In this document: piece after piece, positions 36,372 to 45,487 of the stretch | Numbering within the stretch: the stretch's first letter is position 1 | Layout of the letters: each line of letters starts with the position of its first letter | Origin: an uncultured Actinomycetes bacterium | GTDB lineage: Bacteria > Actinomycetota > Acidimicrobiia > Acidimicrobiales > Ilumatobacteraceae | Length of the DNA stretch: 64,000 bases | Assembly (NCBI GenBank): GCA_937876415.1 | Contig: CALEHE010000301.1 | Coordinates: 6,389-70,388, forward strand | Direction of reading: 5' to 3' | Notes under the pieces: generated by a model | Told to the model about the DNA's origin: nothing | Seen by the model: the letters and a program-made list of their open reading frames with translations, nothing else | Database searches by the model: none | Program-made: the position numbers and the translations under genes

Positions 36372-37064
36372 ATGTCCACTGACCCGACTTCGCAAGTCGT
36401 CTCCGACCGCAAAAGTCGACCCGCCGCCACCGTGATTTTGACTCGCGAAAGTGAACTTGTTGATTGTGGATTTGAGGTACTCATGTTGCAGCGCAGCACC
36501 GTCGGAGCATTTGCTGGAATGTGGGTCTTCCCAGGTGGCCGCATTGACGACGCCGATGCGGGTGAAGACGATCTTGCAAAAGCCCGATCTGCCGCTGTAC
36601 GAGAGGCCGCCGAAGAAGTATCAGCCGCCATCGAGCATTCATCGCTATCGCTATGGAGTCACTGGACTCCCCCGTTAAATGCCCCGGCTCGATTCACCAC
36701 CTGGTTCTTTGTTGCGCCGTGGGCCGGCAAACAGGTTGTTGTTGACAACTACGAAATAGTTGACCATCGGTGGATGGCTCCGGATCACGCTTTGACCTCG
36801 GGAATTCCCATGGCACCACCGACCATTGTGACGTTGCACGAGCTTCTTGAAGCTGGCGGTCACGATGCCATTCACCGCGGACGCGTTGAGCCCCCAGCCT
36901 ATGTGACCCGTCCAGCAGTGGCAGCCGATGGCTCATCCATTTTCCTATGGAGCGGAGACGCCGGCTACGAAACCGGCAACCCAGACCTACCTGGACCACG
37001 AAATCGCCTGCTGCTTCCTGAGGGTTTTGGTGGGCCAGTGTTCGAGTACATCCGCTCTGCTTAG
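36372..37064 (+). CDS. NUDIX hydrolase
   Basis: Nudix box GGRIDDADAGEDDLAKARSAAVREAAEEVSA (Gx5Ex7REUxEExGU-like). Confidence 0.75.
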   Translation: MSTDPTSQVVSDRKSRPAATVILTRESELVDCGFEVLMLQRSTVGAFAGMWVFPGGRIDDADAGEDDLAKARSAAVREAAEEVSAAIEHSSLSLWSHWTPPLNAPARFTTWFFVAPWAGKQVVVDNYEIVDHRWMAPDHALTSGIPMAPPTIVTLHELLEAGGHDAIHRGRVEPPAYVTRPAVAADGSSIFLWSGDAGYETGNPDLPGPRNRLLLPEGFGGPVFEYIRSA

Positions 37065-37099
37065 AAGACTGACATTCAACGGGTTGTAGCGTCATAGCG

Positions 37100-37711
37100 A
37101 TGCTTGACCATGTGTTCACCGATGTCATTAGTGCATTGCGCGATGCATTTGAAGGGGCATTTCTTGAACGTCAAGCGTTTGAAGAGCACTTTCAAGTTGA
37201 TATTCAGCTCGGCGATGTCAGTTGGGAAACCAGTTACGGCTTGCCTGGCGAAGGTCAACCACCGCGCATCGTTGCCCACATCTCCTTTGACTGGCCGTCC
37301 TGGAGCCAGACTGCGTATCGCAAGTGGTACGTCGACGAATCAATTGACGAGCTTCCGGCCATTGAAATGGAAATCGTTCTTCGTATTCAACGCATTCAAG
37401 ATAATCCAGATCTCGCTGCGGTTCGCTCAATCTTGCCCGAAATGAGTCCACTCATTGGCAATGGCCGGCTTGAACGTGCCGGTCTCACCGTTGAAGCAAC
37501 ATTCTTAGACGACATCAGCCCAGCAGAACATGCTGTCGAGGCAACATACGAAGGTATGTATGAACTTGCCGAGGAATCATTGGCAGATGGCGCTAACACA
37601 TTGCTTGATGAACACTTTGGCGCTCTCGGTGGATGGGTCGCAGCAACGTTGGTCAAACTCGGCGATATCAAATACTCATTTCTTCCTGCCGATACACCCG
37701 ACAGCGAATAG
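37100..37711 (+). CDS. hypothetical acidic protein (203 aa)
   Basis: Clean ATG-initiated ORF with coding-like composition. No family recognised. Confidence 0.45.
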   Translation: MLDHVFTDVISALRDAFEGAFLERQAFEEHFQVDIQLGDVSWETSYGLPGEGQPPRIVAHISFDWPSWSQTAYRKWYVDESIDELPAIEMEIVLRIQRIQDNPDLAAVRSILPEMSPLIGNGRLERAGLTVEATFLDDISPAEHAVEATYEGMYELAEESLADGANTLLDEHFGALGGWVAATLVKLGDIKYSFLPADTPDSE

Positions 37712-37740
37712 TTCTTCAGCCCTTCAACAGAAAGATCATC

Positions 37741-38541
37741 ATGACTCTCATCACTTCGGCCGACAGTGTTGTTCTTTTAGAGATCAGCGAACGTATTGCG
37801 ACAATTACTCTGAATCGCCCATCAGCCCGTAACGCGCTTTCGACTGAAGTTTTAAAACTTCTTCCCCAACTCATGAAGCAGGCTGATGCATCTGACGACG
37901 TCGATGTCATCATCCTCACCGGAAGCGACCCCGCCTTTAGTGCGGGACTCGATCTCAAAGAACTCGGATCGACCGGCGACAATCTGGGTGCAGGCACCGG
38001 AGCTGATGGTCGACCCAATGCCGACGGAGTCCGCGGACCATTCCCCGCCCTCAAGAAACCACTCATCGGCGCTATCAACGGCGTTGCCGTCACCGGCGGA
38101 TTTGAACTCGCGCTCAACTGTGATTTCTTAATTGCTTCGGAGAACGCAAAGTTTGGTGACACTCACGCGCGCGTCGGAGTGATGCCTGGCTGGGGTCTGA
38201 CGGTTTTGCTTCCGCAGGCCATCGGCGTTCGTCGTGCTCGCGAAATGAGCTTTACCGGCAATTTCATGTTGGCTCCTGAGGCCTACGATCGCGGGCTCGT
38301 CAATCACGTTGTGCCCCATGCCGATTTAATCCCGTTCACCCGCCAGATCGCTCGAGATATCGCAGGGAATGATCAACCGGGGGTTCGCCAGATTCGGGGC
38401 ACGTACGCCGAAATCCATGCTGAAACCGCTGGTTGGGCTATTGAGGCCCGAGATGGCGCGGTATGGCGTAAGGAGCAGTTCTCCACTGAAAAGGTTGAAG
38501 AACGCCGCCGTGCCATTCAAGATCGTGGTCGCCAGCAATGA
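37741..38541 (+). CDS. enoyl-CoA hydratase/isomerase (crotonase) family protein
   Basis: Contains ITLNRPSARNAL and LTGSDPAFSAGLDLKEL. The ATG at 37741 is preferred over the 37633 extension, which overlaps the upstream gene. Confidence 0.85.
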   Translation: MTLITSADSVVLLEISERIATITLNRPSARNALSTEVLKLLPQLMKQADASDDVDVIILTGSDPAFSAGLDLKELGSTGDNLGAGTGADGRPNADGVRGPFPALKKPLIGAINGVAVTGGFELALNCDFLIASENAKFGDTHARVGVMPGWGLTVLLPQAIGVRRAREMSFTGNFMLAPEAYDRGLVNHVVPHADLIPFTRQIARDIAGNDQPGVRQIRGTYAEIHAETAGWAIEARDGAVWRKEQFSTEKVEERRRAIQDRGRQQ

Positions 38542-38619
38542 GGCGTACATGAAACTAACGGCAGCATTTGGCCAGAAAATGTCACGCCATTGTTTGTTCT
38601 CTAGCCATTCTGTGGTCGT

Positions 38620-38664
38620 GTAGCCTTTGGCTACCGTTCGTTTGGCATTCCCGCCAAACGTTTT
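38620..38664 (+). terminator. two consecutive small hairpins upstream of the BMP gene (terminator/attenuator-like)
   Basis: GTAGCC-TTT-GGCTAC lies at 38620-38634. GTTTGGC-ATTCCC-GCCAAAC lies at 38640-38659 and is followed by GTTTT. Both stems are short. Confidence 0.3.
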
Positions 38665-38679
38665 AGGGGAGGAAAAAAT

Positions 38680-39690
38680 ATGCGTAAGAATGCACGATTG
38701 CTGACAGCATCAATTGCCGCACTCAGCCTCTTCGCTGCCGCTTGTGGCGGCGACGACAGTGGCTCATCAAGCAAAGTTATCGCTGGCATCGCTTTTGATA
38801 CCGGCGGCCGTGGCGACGGAACCTTCAATGACTCAGCAGCAACTGGTGGCGAGCGGGCCGCGAGTGAACTCGGTGTTGAGATCAAAGAACTCGAAGCAGC
38901 AGTTGACGAAGACCGTAAAGCCAACCTCGAATTGCTCGCGGGCGACGGCGCACAGGTCATCGTCGGTGTTGGATTCATGTTCACCGACCCTATGACTGAA
39001 GTTGCCGCGGCTAACCCCGACGTGCAATTCGGCATTGTCGACTCAGTTGTTGACGCTCCGAACGTGAGTAGCCTCTTATTTGCGGCTAACCAGGGTTCAT
39101 TCCTCGTTGGTGCAGCAGCTGCTCTCAAGAGCACCACTGGTCAGATCGGTTTCATCGGCGGTCAGGAAATTGACCTGATCAAAGAATTCGAAGCTGGCTA
39201 CACTGCGGGAGCCAAGTATGTCAATCCCGACATCGTCGTGAAGGTGAAGTACCTCGGGCCGGCCGGCGACAACTCCGCATGGGGCAACGTTGCTGGTGCT
39301 AAGGAAATCGCTGCGGGCTGGTATGCCGCTGGCGCCGATGTCGTCTACACCGCTGCTGGCGGTTCAGGTGCTGGCACCATCGAAGCCGCAATTGAAGCCG
39401 GCAAATGGGCCATCGGTGTTGACAGCGACCAGTATCTCACCTCCGGTGATGCAGCCGCACAGGCGGTCATTTTAACGTCAATGCTCAAGCGCGTTGACGT
39501 TGCCGTGTTTGAGACCATCAAGGCTTCGGTCAACGGAGACAAATCTGGTGGTATCAAGATGTTTGACCTCAGCAATGACGGTGTTGGCTACTCAACTTCA
39601 GGTGGACACATCGACGAATTTGTCAGCCAGCTTGACGAAATCAAGGCCAAGGTCGTGGCCGGCGAAATCGAAGTTCCAACAAAGCCCTGA
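38680..39690 (+). CDS. BMP-family (PnrA/Med-like) ABC substrate-binding lipoprotein, probably nucleoside-binding
   Basis: Lipobox LFAAA/CGG after an AGGGGAGG RBS. BMP-type segments include GIAFDTGGRGDGTFND, GVGFMF and AIGVDSDQY. Confidence 0.85.
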   Translation: MRKNARLLTASIAALSLFAAACGGDDSGSSSKVIAGIAFDTGGRGDGTFNDSAATGGERAASELGVEIKELEAAVDEDRKANLELLAGDGAQVIVGVGFMFTDPMTEVAAANPDVQFGIVDSVVDAPNVSSLLFAANQGSFLVGAAAALKSTTGQIGFIGGQEIDLIKEFEAGYTAGAKYVNPDIVVKVKYLGPAGDNSAWGNVAGAKEIAAGWYAAGADVVYTAAGGSGAGTIEAAIEAGKWAIGVDSDQYLTSGDAAAQAVILTSMLKRVDVAVFETIKASVNGDKSGGIKMFDLSNDGVGYSTSGGHIDEFVSQLDEIKAKVVAGEIEVPTKP

Positions 39691-39727
39691 TTCAGTTTCT
39701 GAATCAATCTGAAGCAGTTAGTTAGTT

Positions 39728-39756
39728 GAGAGCCCGGGTCCATGACCTGGGCTCTC
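39728..39756 (+). terminator. GC-rich hairpin between the SBP and ATPase genes (partial terminator / mRNA stabiliser)
   Basis: GAGAGCCC-(13 nt)-GGGCTCTC. A second hairpin, GATTCAG-TTT-CTGAATC, lies at 39689-39705 and overlaps the SBP stop codon. There is no strong U-tract. Confidence 0.4.
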
Positions 39757-39789
39757 TGCTATAACGGGATAAGCATTTCAAGGGGCGAC

Positions 39790-41346
39790 ATGACTGAACA
39801 ATCTCATTTAGGGCAATCTCATTTAGCCGTGGAGCTTCACGGCATCACCAAACGTTTTCCTGGTGTGATCGCTAATCACGACATTGAGCTCCTCGTCCGA
39901 CCCGAAACGATTCATGCAATTGTTGGAGAAAATGGTGCTGGTAAATCAACATTGATGAAAACCTTGTACGGCATGCACCAGCCAGACGAGGGCACCATCA
40001 CCGTCAACGGAACACTGGTGCAATTCAAGACCCCGACCGACGCCATTGCTGCGGGCATCGGAATGGTGCACCAACACTTCATGTTGGCAGACAATCTCAC
40101 GATCACCGAGAACATCATCTTGGGTGCTGAACCAGTTGATCATCGCGGGCGGATCAATTTCAAAGAGGCGCGAGATCGTATTGAAGCACTCATGACATCG
40201 CTTGGTGCGACATTTAATCCAGATACAAATGTTTCTGAGCTCGGCGTTGGTCAACGTCAACGGGTTGAGATTCTCAAAGTTTTGTATCGTGGCGCGAAGA
40301 TATTGATCCTTGATGAACCTACTGCCGTGCTTGTACCACAAGAAGTTGAGGAGCTATTTACGACCCTCAAGCGTCTCGTCGCCGACGGAGCAACTGTCAT
40401 TTTCATTTCGCACAAACTTGACGAAGTACTCGCCTATTGCGACGAAATCACCGTCATTCGTCAAGGCACGTCGGTTGCCCACACCGAACCATCGCAGGTG
40501 ACTCGTCGTTCACTTGCTGAACTTATGGTTGGCAGCGACCTGCCCGATCCATCTGGTCGCGAAACAAAAGTTGGCGACGATGTTCGTTTACAAGTGACTG
40601 GTCTCAATCTGGCTGGTGATATTGCTGGTGCAAAACTCGCACTGGAAGACATCAATGTCGCAGTCCATGCTGGTGAAATTGTGGGAATCGCTGGCGTTGA
40701 AGGAAATGGCCAATTTGAATTGTGCGAATCCATCTTGGGACTGCGGACCATTTTGAGTGGCTCAATTTCGGTCTGCGGGCAAGAACTTTCGCATACCGAA
40801 ACTCGCGAACGAATCAATATGGGATTGTCGTACATTCCATTCGACCGCCATCGTGAAGGATTACTTCTTGATGCACCACTTTGGGAAAACACGTTCTTGG
40901 GCCGTGAAGAAAACGCTGGGCTAACCAATGGTCCTTTCATTTCACGCAACAAGATTGAGGCTGATTGTCGCACAATTATTGATCGTTTCGGCGTCCTAAC
41001 GCCCAGTGAGCAAGTCCCTGCGTTTGCCCTCTCGGGTGGCAACCAGCAAAAACTTGTCGTTGGTCGCGAAATGGCCGGTCATCCCAAGGTTTTACTCGCT
41101 GCCCATCCAACACGTGGAGTGGACGTTGGCGCCCAGGCTGCAATTTGGGATGAATTGCGCCACGCCCGCGATAACGGTCTTGGTGTCCTGCTGATTTCAG
41201 CCGACCTTGAAGAACTCATCGGCTTGTCCGATCGAATACTGGTGATGTTTGACGGTCGTGTCACTGCCCATCTCAATCCAGCAACTGCTACTCCTGAAAT
41301 GCTCGGAACGTACATGACTGGTGAAGAGCAAGGAGTCGATGGATGA
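39790..41346 (+). CDS. ABC transporter ATP-binding protein (duplicated ATPase; nucleoside/sugar importer type)
   Basis: Domain 1 has GENGAGKST, LGVGQRQRVEI and ILILDEPT. Domain 2 has GVEGNGQ, LSGGNQQK and LLAAHPTRGVD. ATG 39790 follows an AAGGGG RBS; the longest ORF start (39742) lies inside the hairpin. Confidence 0.9.
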   Translation: MTEQSHLGQSHLAVELHGITKRFPGVIANHDIELLVRPETIHAIVGENGAGKSTLMKTLYGMHQPDEGTITVNGTLVQFKTPTDAIAAGIGMVHQHFMLADNLTITENIILGAEPVDHRGRINFKEARDRIEALMTSLGATFNPDTNVSELGVGQRQRVEILKVLYRGAKILILDEPTAVLVPQEVEELFTTLKRLVADGATVIFISHKLDEVLAYCDEITVIRQGTSVAHTEPSQVTRRSLAELMVGSDLPDPSGRETKVGDDVRLQVTGLNLAGDIAGAKLALEDINVAVHAGEIVGIAGVEGNGQFELCESILGLRTILSGSISVCGQELSHTETRERINMGLSYIPFDRHREGLLLDAPLWENTFLGREENAGLTNGPFISRNKIEADCRTIIDRFGVLTPSEQVPAFALSGGNQQKLVVGREMAGHPKVLLAAHPTRGVDVGAQAAIWDELRHARDNGLGVLLISADLEELIGLSDRILVMFDGRVTAHLNPATATPEMLGTYMTGEEQGVDG

Positions 41347-42428
41347 AAAATCCACGACTTCAACGCATGCTTGTCACTTCGGCCAGTTCTCTGCTAGCAG
41401 TATTTGTTGCACTCTGTATTTGTGCAGTGATTTTGTTGATCACTGGCAAAGATCCCATTGAGGCATACCGCACTCTGTTCGGCGCAGCAGGCGAAACAAA
41501 AGTTTTACAAGGTGCACTTAACCGAGCCACACCACTCATGATTTCAGCCGCCGCAGTGGCCATCGGATTCAAAATGAATCTCTTCAATATCGGCGTTGAG
41601 GGTCAAATGCGCGTGGCACTTCTGGCAACTGCAGTTGCCGGTGCTGCTGTTGACCTACCTGCACCGCTGCACATCCTTTTCTGCCTTGTTGTCGCAATGG
41701 CAAGTGGCGCGATTTGGGCTGGTATTGCGGGCTGGCTAAAGGTCAAGCGCGGTGTCAATGAAGTGATTTCAACCATCATGTTGAACTTCGTAGCCCTGAG
41801 CTTGGTCGCCTGGGCATTTGATTCGTTCTTCCGTGCCGAGAGCACCACCGGGAGTTTGCTTGTGAAGACCAAGGAACTCCCAACCTCGGCGTGGTTTCCC
41901 GACATTGTTGAACGTCGCTTAAACGGAATGTTCTTTGTCGCCATATTAGTTTTAGTTCTCTTCTATGTTTTGGTCTGGAAAACGAAGTTCGGCTTCCAAC
42001 TTCGTGCTTCTGGCGCCAACGCTGGTGCCTCACGTGTCACCGGCGTCAACCCCAAGCGCATGGTGATGATTTCGATGTTGCTCTCGGGAGCACTCGCCGG
42101 ACTAGTTGGAATGCGGGCGCTACTCGGCGATGTTCATGCGTACCAAAACAACCTTGCCGAACAACAAGGTTTCAATGGCATCGCCGTTGCACTTCTTGGT
42201 CGCAACCATCCACTTGGAATATTTATCTCGGCACTGCTCTTCGGTTATCTCGGTGAAGCATCTGGTCGTTTGCAACTGATTGATATTCCTAAGGAAATCA
42301 CCACGATCATGACGGGCATCATTGTTCTTGCGGTGGTGATTATCAATGAGGCGGTCAAACGTTGGGATGATCGGCGCATCCAACACAAAGCCGCACTGGC
42401 CCTTGAGTCTGCGGCGGTGCCGGCATGA
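41343..42428 (+). CDS. ABC transporter permease (BPD_transp_2 type)
   Basis: ATGA overlap with the ATPase gene. Multi-TM, 361 aa, typical of BMP/ribose-type permeases. Confidence 0.85.
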   Translation: MKNPRLQRMLVTSASSLLAVFVALCICAVILLITGKDPIEAYRTLFGAAGETKVLQGALNRATPLMISAAAVAIGFKMNLFNIGVEGQMRVALLATAVAGAAVDLPAPLHILFCLVVAMASGAIWAGIAGWLKVKRGVNEVISTIMLNFVALSLVAWAFDSFFRAESTTGSLLVKTKELPTSAWFPDIVERRLNGMFFVAILVLVLFYVLVWKTKFGFQLRASGANAGASRVTGVNPKRMVMISMLLSGALAGLVGMRALLGDVHAYQNNLAEQQGFNGIAVALLGRNHPLGIFISALLFGYLGEASGRLQLIDIPKEITTIMTGIIVLAVVIINEAVKRWDDRRIQHKAALALESAAVPA

Positions 42429-43681
42429 AATTCTTTAAGTCATTAACAACCGGACAACGCACCATTGCCTTGTCACTCGGTTTCATGCTGGTCTTGTCAA
42501 TTGTTCGTCTCTTCACCAATGCCGATGACATCACCAGTTCAGGAACAATCTCATCAACGTTGCGTGTTGCGACACCTATTTTGCTTGCTGGCCTTGCTGG
42601 CGTGTGGGCCGAACGAGTTGGCATCGTCAACATCGGAATCGAAGGAATGATGATCATAGGCACCTGGTTCGGTGCCTATGGTGCCTGGAAATGGGGTTCG
42701 TGGGCAGGTATCGCCTTAGCAATTTTTGCTGGTTCCCTCGTCGGCTTACTTCACGCGTTGGCAACTGTTCGATTTAACGTGAATCACGTTGTCTCGGGTA
42801 TCGCGATCAATATCTTGGCGGCTGGTTCAACCGAGTATCTCTCGATCATCTTCTTTAAGGGTCAAAAGGGTGGCGGAGAAAGTCAATCGCCCGCCGGCAA
42901 AGGTGGTTACGGCGAATTCGATATGCCGTTCTTATCGGGAGGGCGTATTGGTTCTTGGCGTAGCCCTGACATTTTGGGTTGGCTTGAAAAGAAGCACGAT
43001 CTTCCACTTCTGCCTGACCTCGCCGGCGTACTTCGCGGTCTTGTGAGCGACATTTACGTCCCGACCATTGTTGCAATCGCTCTTGTTCCAATCACTGCAT
43101 ATATCTTGTGGCGTACGCGCTTTGGACTTCGCGTTCGTTCAAGCGGTGAATCACCCCAAGCCGGCGAAAGTTTGGGTGTATCAATTAATCGTCTGCGCTA
43201 TCAGGCAATGGCGATCAGCGGTGGATTGGCCGCATTTGGTGGAGCGTACTTATCGACTGTTTTCACCAGCACATACCGCCAAGGTCAAACTGGCGGTCAG
43301 GGATACATCGGACTTGCGACAACCATCTTTGGTAACTGGAACCCATTCGGAGTGTTCCGTGGCGCGATCTTGTTTGGTTTCCCGTCGGCGCTCAAGTTCC
43401 GCGACGAGAAGAACGTACCGTCGCTTCTGTTGGTCATTGCCGTCATTTTGATTGCACTCGGCGTTGTGAGCCTGATGAAAAACAAGCAGATATTGACGAT
43501 GGGGCTCTTTATCGGATCCGCCATATCAGCCGCCACATACTTCTTAGTTGATGACGTCCCTCAAGAGTTCGTCGCGGCGACGCCATACATCGTCACGATT
43601 CTGGTGCTCGCTGGGGCTCAACAACAGTTGCGTCCACCGGCCTACGCTGGTATCCCCTACCGTGCCGGCGAGAATCACTAA
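42425..43681 (+). CDS. ABC transporter permease (BPD_transp_2 type)
   Basis: ATGA overlap with the upstream permease. Multi-TM, 418 aa, and the last gene of the operon. Confidence 0.85.
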   Translation: MKFFKSLTTGQRTIALSLGFMLVLSIVRLFTNADDITSSGTISSTLRVATPILLAGLAGVWAERVGIVNIGIEGMMIIGTWFGAYGAWKWGSWAGIALAIFAGSLVGLLHALATVRFNVNHVVSGIAINILAAGSTEYLSIIFFKGQKGGGESQSPAGKGGYGEFDMPFLSGGRIGSWRSPDILGWLEKKHDLPLLPDLAGVLRGLVSDIYVPTIVAIALVPITAYILWRTRFGLRVRSSGESPQAGESLGVSINRLRYQAMAISGGLAAFGGAYLSTVFTSTYRQGQTGGQGYIGLATTIFGNWNPFGVFRGAILFGFPSALKFRDEKNVPSLLLVIAVILIALGVVSLMKNKQILTMGLFIGSAISAATYFLVDDVPQEFVAATPYIVTILVLAGAQQQLRPPAYAGIPYRAGENH

Positions 43682-43703
43682 CTGACTCAACTAAAAGAGT
43701 CAG
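43682..43703 (+). terminator. hairpin immediately after the permease stop
   Basis: CTGACTC-AACTAAAA-GAGTCAG. It is not followed by a U-tract, and its right arm runs into the TCAGCTTCCCAA repeat. Confidence 0.3.
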
Positions 43704-43785
43704 CTTCCCAAGTAGAGCACACAGCATTGTCGTTATTGGTAAAACGGCTTAAGCGTTGATGAATAAAGGTAAAAGAGAGAGAAAC

Positions 43786-43857
43786 ATCTCGGGCAGATTT
43801 CGGGCAGCATCGTTTTTGGGGCCAAAAACCGGCAATCTCGGGCAGATTTCGGGGAGC
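43786..43857. repeat. iteron-like direct repeats (2 x 23 bp; 4 x TCGGGCAG-type octamers)
   Basis: ATCTCGGGCAGATTTCGGGCAGC lies at 43786-43808 and ATCTCGGGCAGATTTCGGGGAGC at 43835-43857, a 49-bp period. They flank the hairpin GTTTTTGG-GG-CCAAAAAC. The repeats lie 136-207 bp upstream of the esterase start. Confidence 0.8.
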
Positions 43858-43992
43858 TTTTGAGGCCTGATAAACCCTCCGCGTACACATGTGTGTCTGA
43901 GAACTCTGAGGATTGTTCAAAGACATGAAGCCTGACCGAATCATCGACCAATTCGCTCCTGCCCGAAAACAGAGGCGTGGTAAGCTGAAACT

Positions 43993-44976
43993 ATGCTCCT
44001 CCGAGCTCGAAACTGGAACATTTTGGTTGTGATCAGTTTCGGTTTAGGACTGGTGGCTGCTTGCTCTCCGAGCCGCGAAGGAGGGCCGCCCTCGTCGACT
44101 ATCGAAACCCAACTAGAGGTAGACGAGCGGCTCCCAGATACCGAAGTTCCACAGACGACACTTGAGGTCGAGGTAACAACATCCGCAAAGTCACCTGCCT
44201 TGGAGTCACGCTCGACCATCGTTGGGGACGCTGAACGGGAGTTTCTTGTGCAATTCCCTGCAGAGGTTTCAGATTTAGCCCCTGTCATCATCGATTTTCA
44301 TGGTGGAGGGGGCAGCGCTATTGGCCAGTACTTCACTTCGAATTTTTCCCGGTTATCTGACCGTCAGGAAGTTGTGCTCGTTTACCCGCAGGCAAATGAG
44401 TCCACGGGCTCTGTCTGGAATACCTTGCGCTCGCAGGATGGCAACAAGGTCGCTGAGGTTGATGACTTCGGTTTTATCGCCTCGATAATTGAGACACTGA
44501 AATTGGACCCAACAGTTGATGCGTCGAAGATTTACGTGTCGGGGTATTCAAATGGGGCCGCTATGGCCTACCAAATTGCCTGCCACTTAAACAGCGATAT
44601 CGCTGGCTTCGTTGTGATGTCGGGACTTTTCCCAGTTGAGGATGAACACCCTTGCCTAATCACACATGAAACCCCTGGGATCATTGTGAACGGTGCCAGG
44701 GACAGAGAGCGGCCGTTGTCTGGCATCGAGGGCTATACGCGATCTGTGCGTGAGGGAGCGTCCTGGTGGGCTCTCCAGAATGGAGCCAGTGAAGGGGTCA
44801 TTGAAACTTACGCTGGGGTTGAACGAACGTTGTACGAATCTGCCTCAGGTACACAAATTCAGCTGTTTATTGTCGAGAACGGTGACCACGTGTGGTTCGA
44901 CTTTGAGGTCGACGGGCAACCTATGACTGATTTCATTTGGGATTTTCTTTCCAACGACCAAACTTCAGATGGGTGA
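43993..44976 (+). CDS. secreted esterase lipoprotein, PHB-depolymerase/LpqC-like alpha/beta hydrolase
   Basis: Lipobox GLVAA/C, then DFHGGGGS and the nucleophile elbow GYSNGA, plus a C-terminal GDHVW. These resemble the esterase/PHB depolymerase family. Confidence 0.7.
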   Translation: MLLRARNWNILVVISFGLGLVAACSPSREGGPPSSTIETQLEVDERLPDTEVPQTTLEVEVTTSAKSPALESRSTIVGDAEREFLVQFPAEVSDLAPVIIDFHGGGGSAIGQYFTSNFSRLSDRQEVVLVYPQANESTGSVWNTLRSQDGNKVAEVDDFGFIASIIETLKLDPTVDASKIYVSGYSNGAAMAYQIACHLNSDIAGFVVMSGLFPVEDEHPCLITHETPGIIVNGARDRERPLSGIEGYTRSVREGASWWALQNGASEGVIETYAGVERTLYESASGTQIQLFIVENGDHVWFDFEVDGQPMTDFIWDFLSNDQTSDG

Positions 44977-45141
44977 AATCCTCAAAGTGACTGAAGGAGC
45001 CGGACGGTCCGTCTACGACATCAGAGGTTTCGAGCAACGTTTACGGGGCTCACAGCAACTTTAGGCTTGTCCAATACGAACAGGTGAAAGGCCACTCGCT
45101 CCGCCGCGGCTTTGTCACCTCGATCGTCTAATCTGACGAAC

Positions 45142-45369
45142 ATGGTCGATGGCGACGACGAACAGATCTGGCAAGCACTCGAAAACGCTCAGCTCAAATC
45201 CGAAATCGCTCAGCTCAAATCCGAAAAAGCTGAAGCAGAGCGTCAACTTCTAGAGGAGCGGGTAGACCGCCTCGAAGCCGAAAACAAGCGGTTGAAAATC
45301 GCAAACAAGCGGTTGATAGACGGCATTCGTCAGATGGTGGATCTTGACGACACAGACGAAGAACGCTGA
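45142..45369 (+). CDS. small coiled-coil protein (75-85 aa)
   Basis: Heptad-like, Glu/Lys/Leu-rich (AQLKSEIAQLKSEKAEAERQLLEERVDRLEAENKRLKIANKRL). The start is either ATG 45142 or TTG 45112. It contains a 21-bp tandem duplication, and coding status is unproven. Confidence 0.35.
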   Translation: MVDGDDEQIWQALENAQLKSEIAQLKSEKAEAERQLLEERVDRLEAENKRLKIANKRLIDGIRQMVDLDDTDEER

Positions 45370-45487
45370 CAGCGGTCAGCCAAACAGGCTTTCGATGATC
45401 GCTTTCGTCACGAGCAGCGACCAGAGTGCTCCAACAGCGTCTCTACGTAGGGCCATCACAAGATGAGGCGCTAATCTAAGCCCTTCT

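Noticed and set aside
43687-44291. Minus-strand ORFs (85, 72 and 116 aa) in the islet as real genes, for example an integrase or excisionase remnant.
   Set aside because: Their translations have no recognisable motifs and are low-complexity. They overlap the iteron region or the well-supported esterase gene on the other strand.
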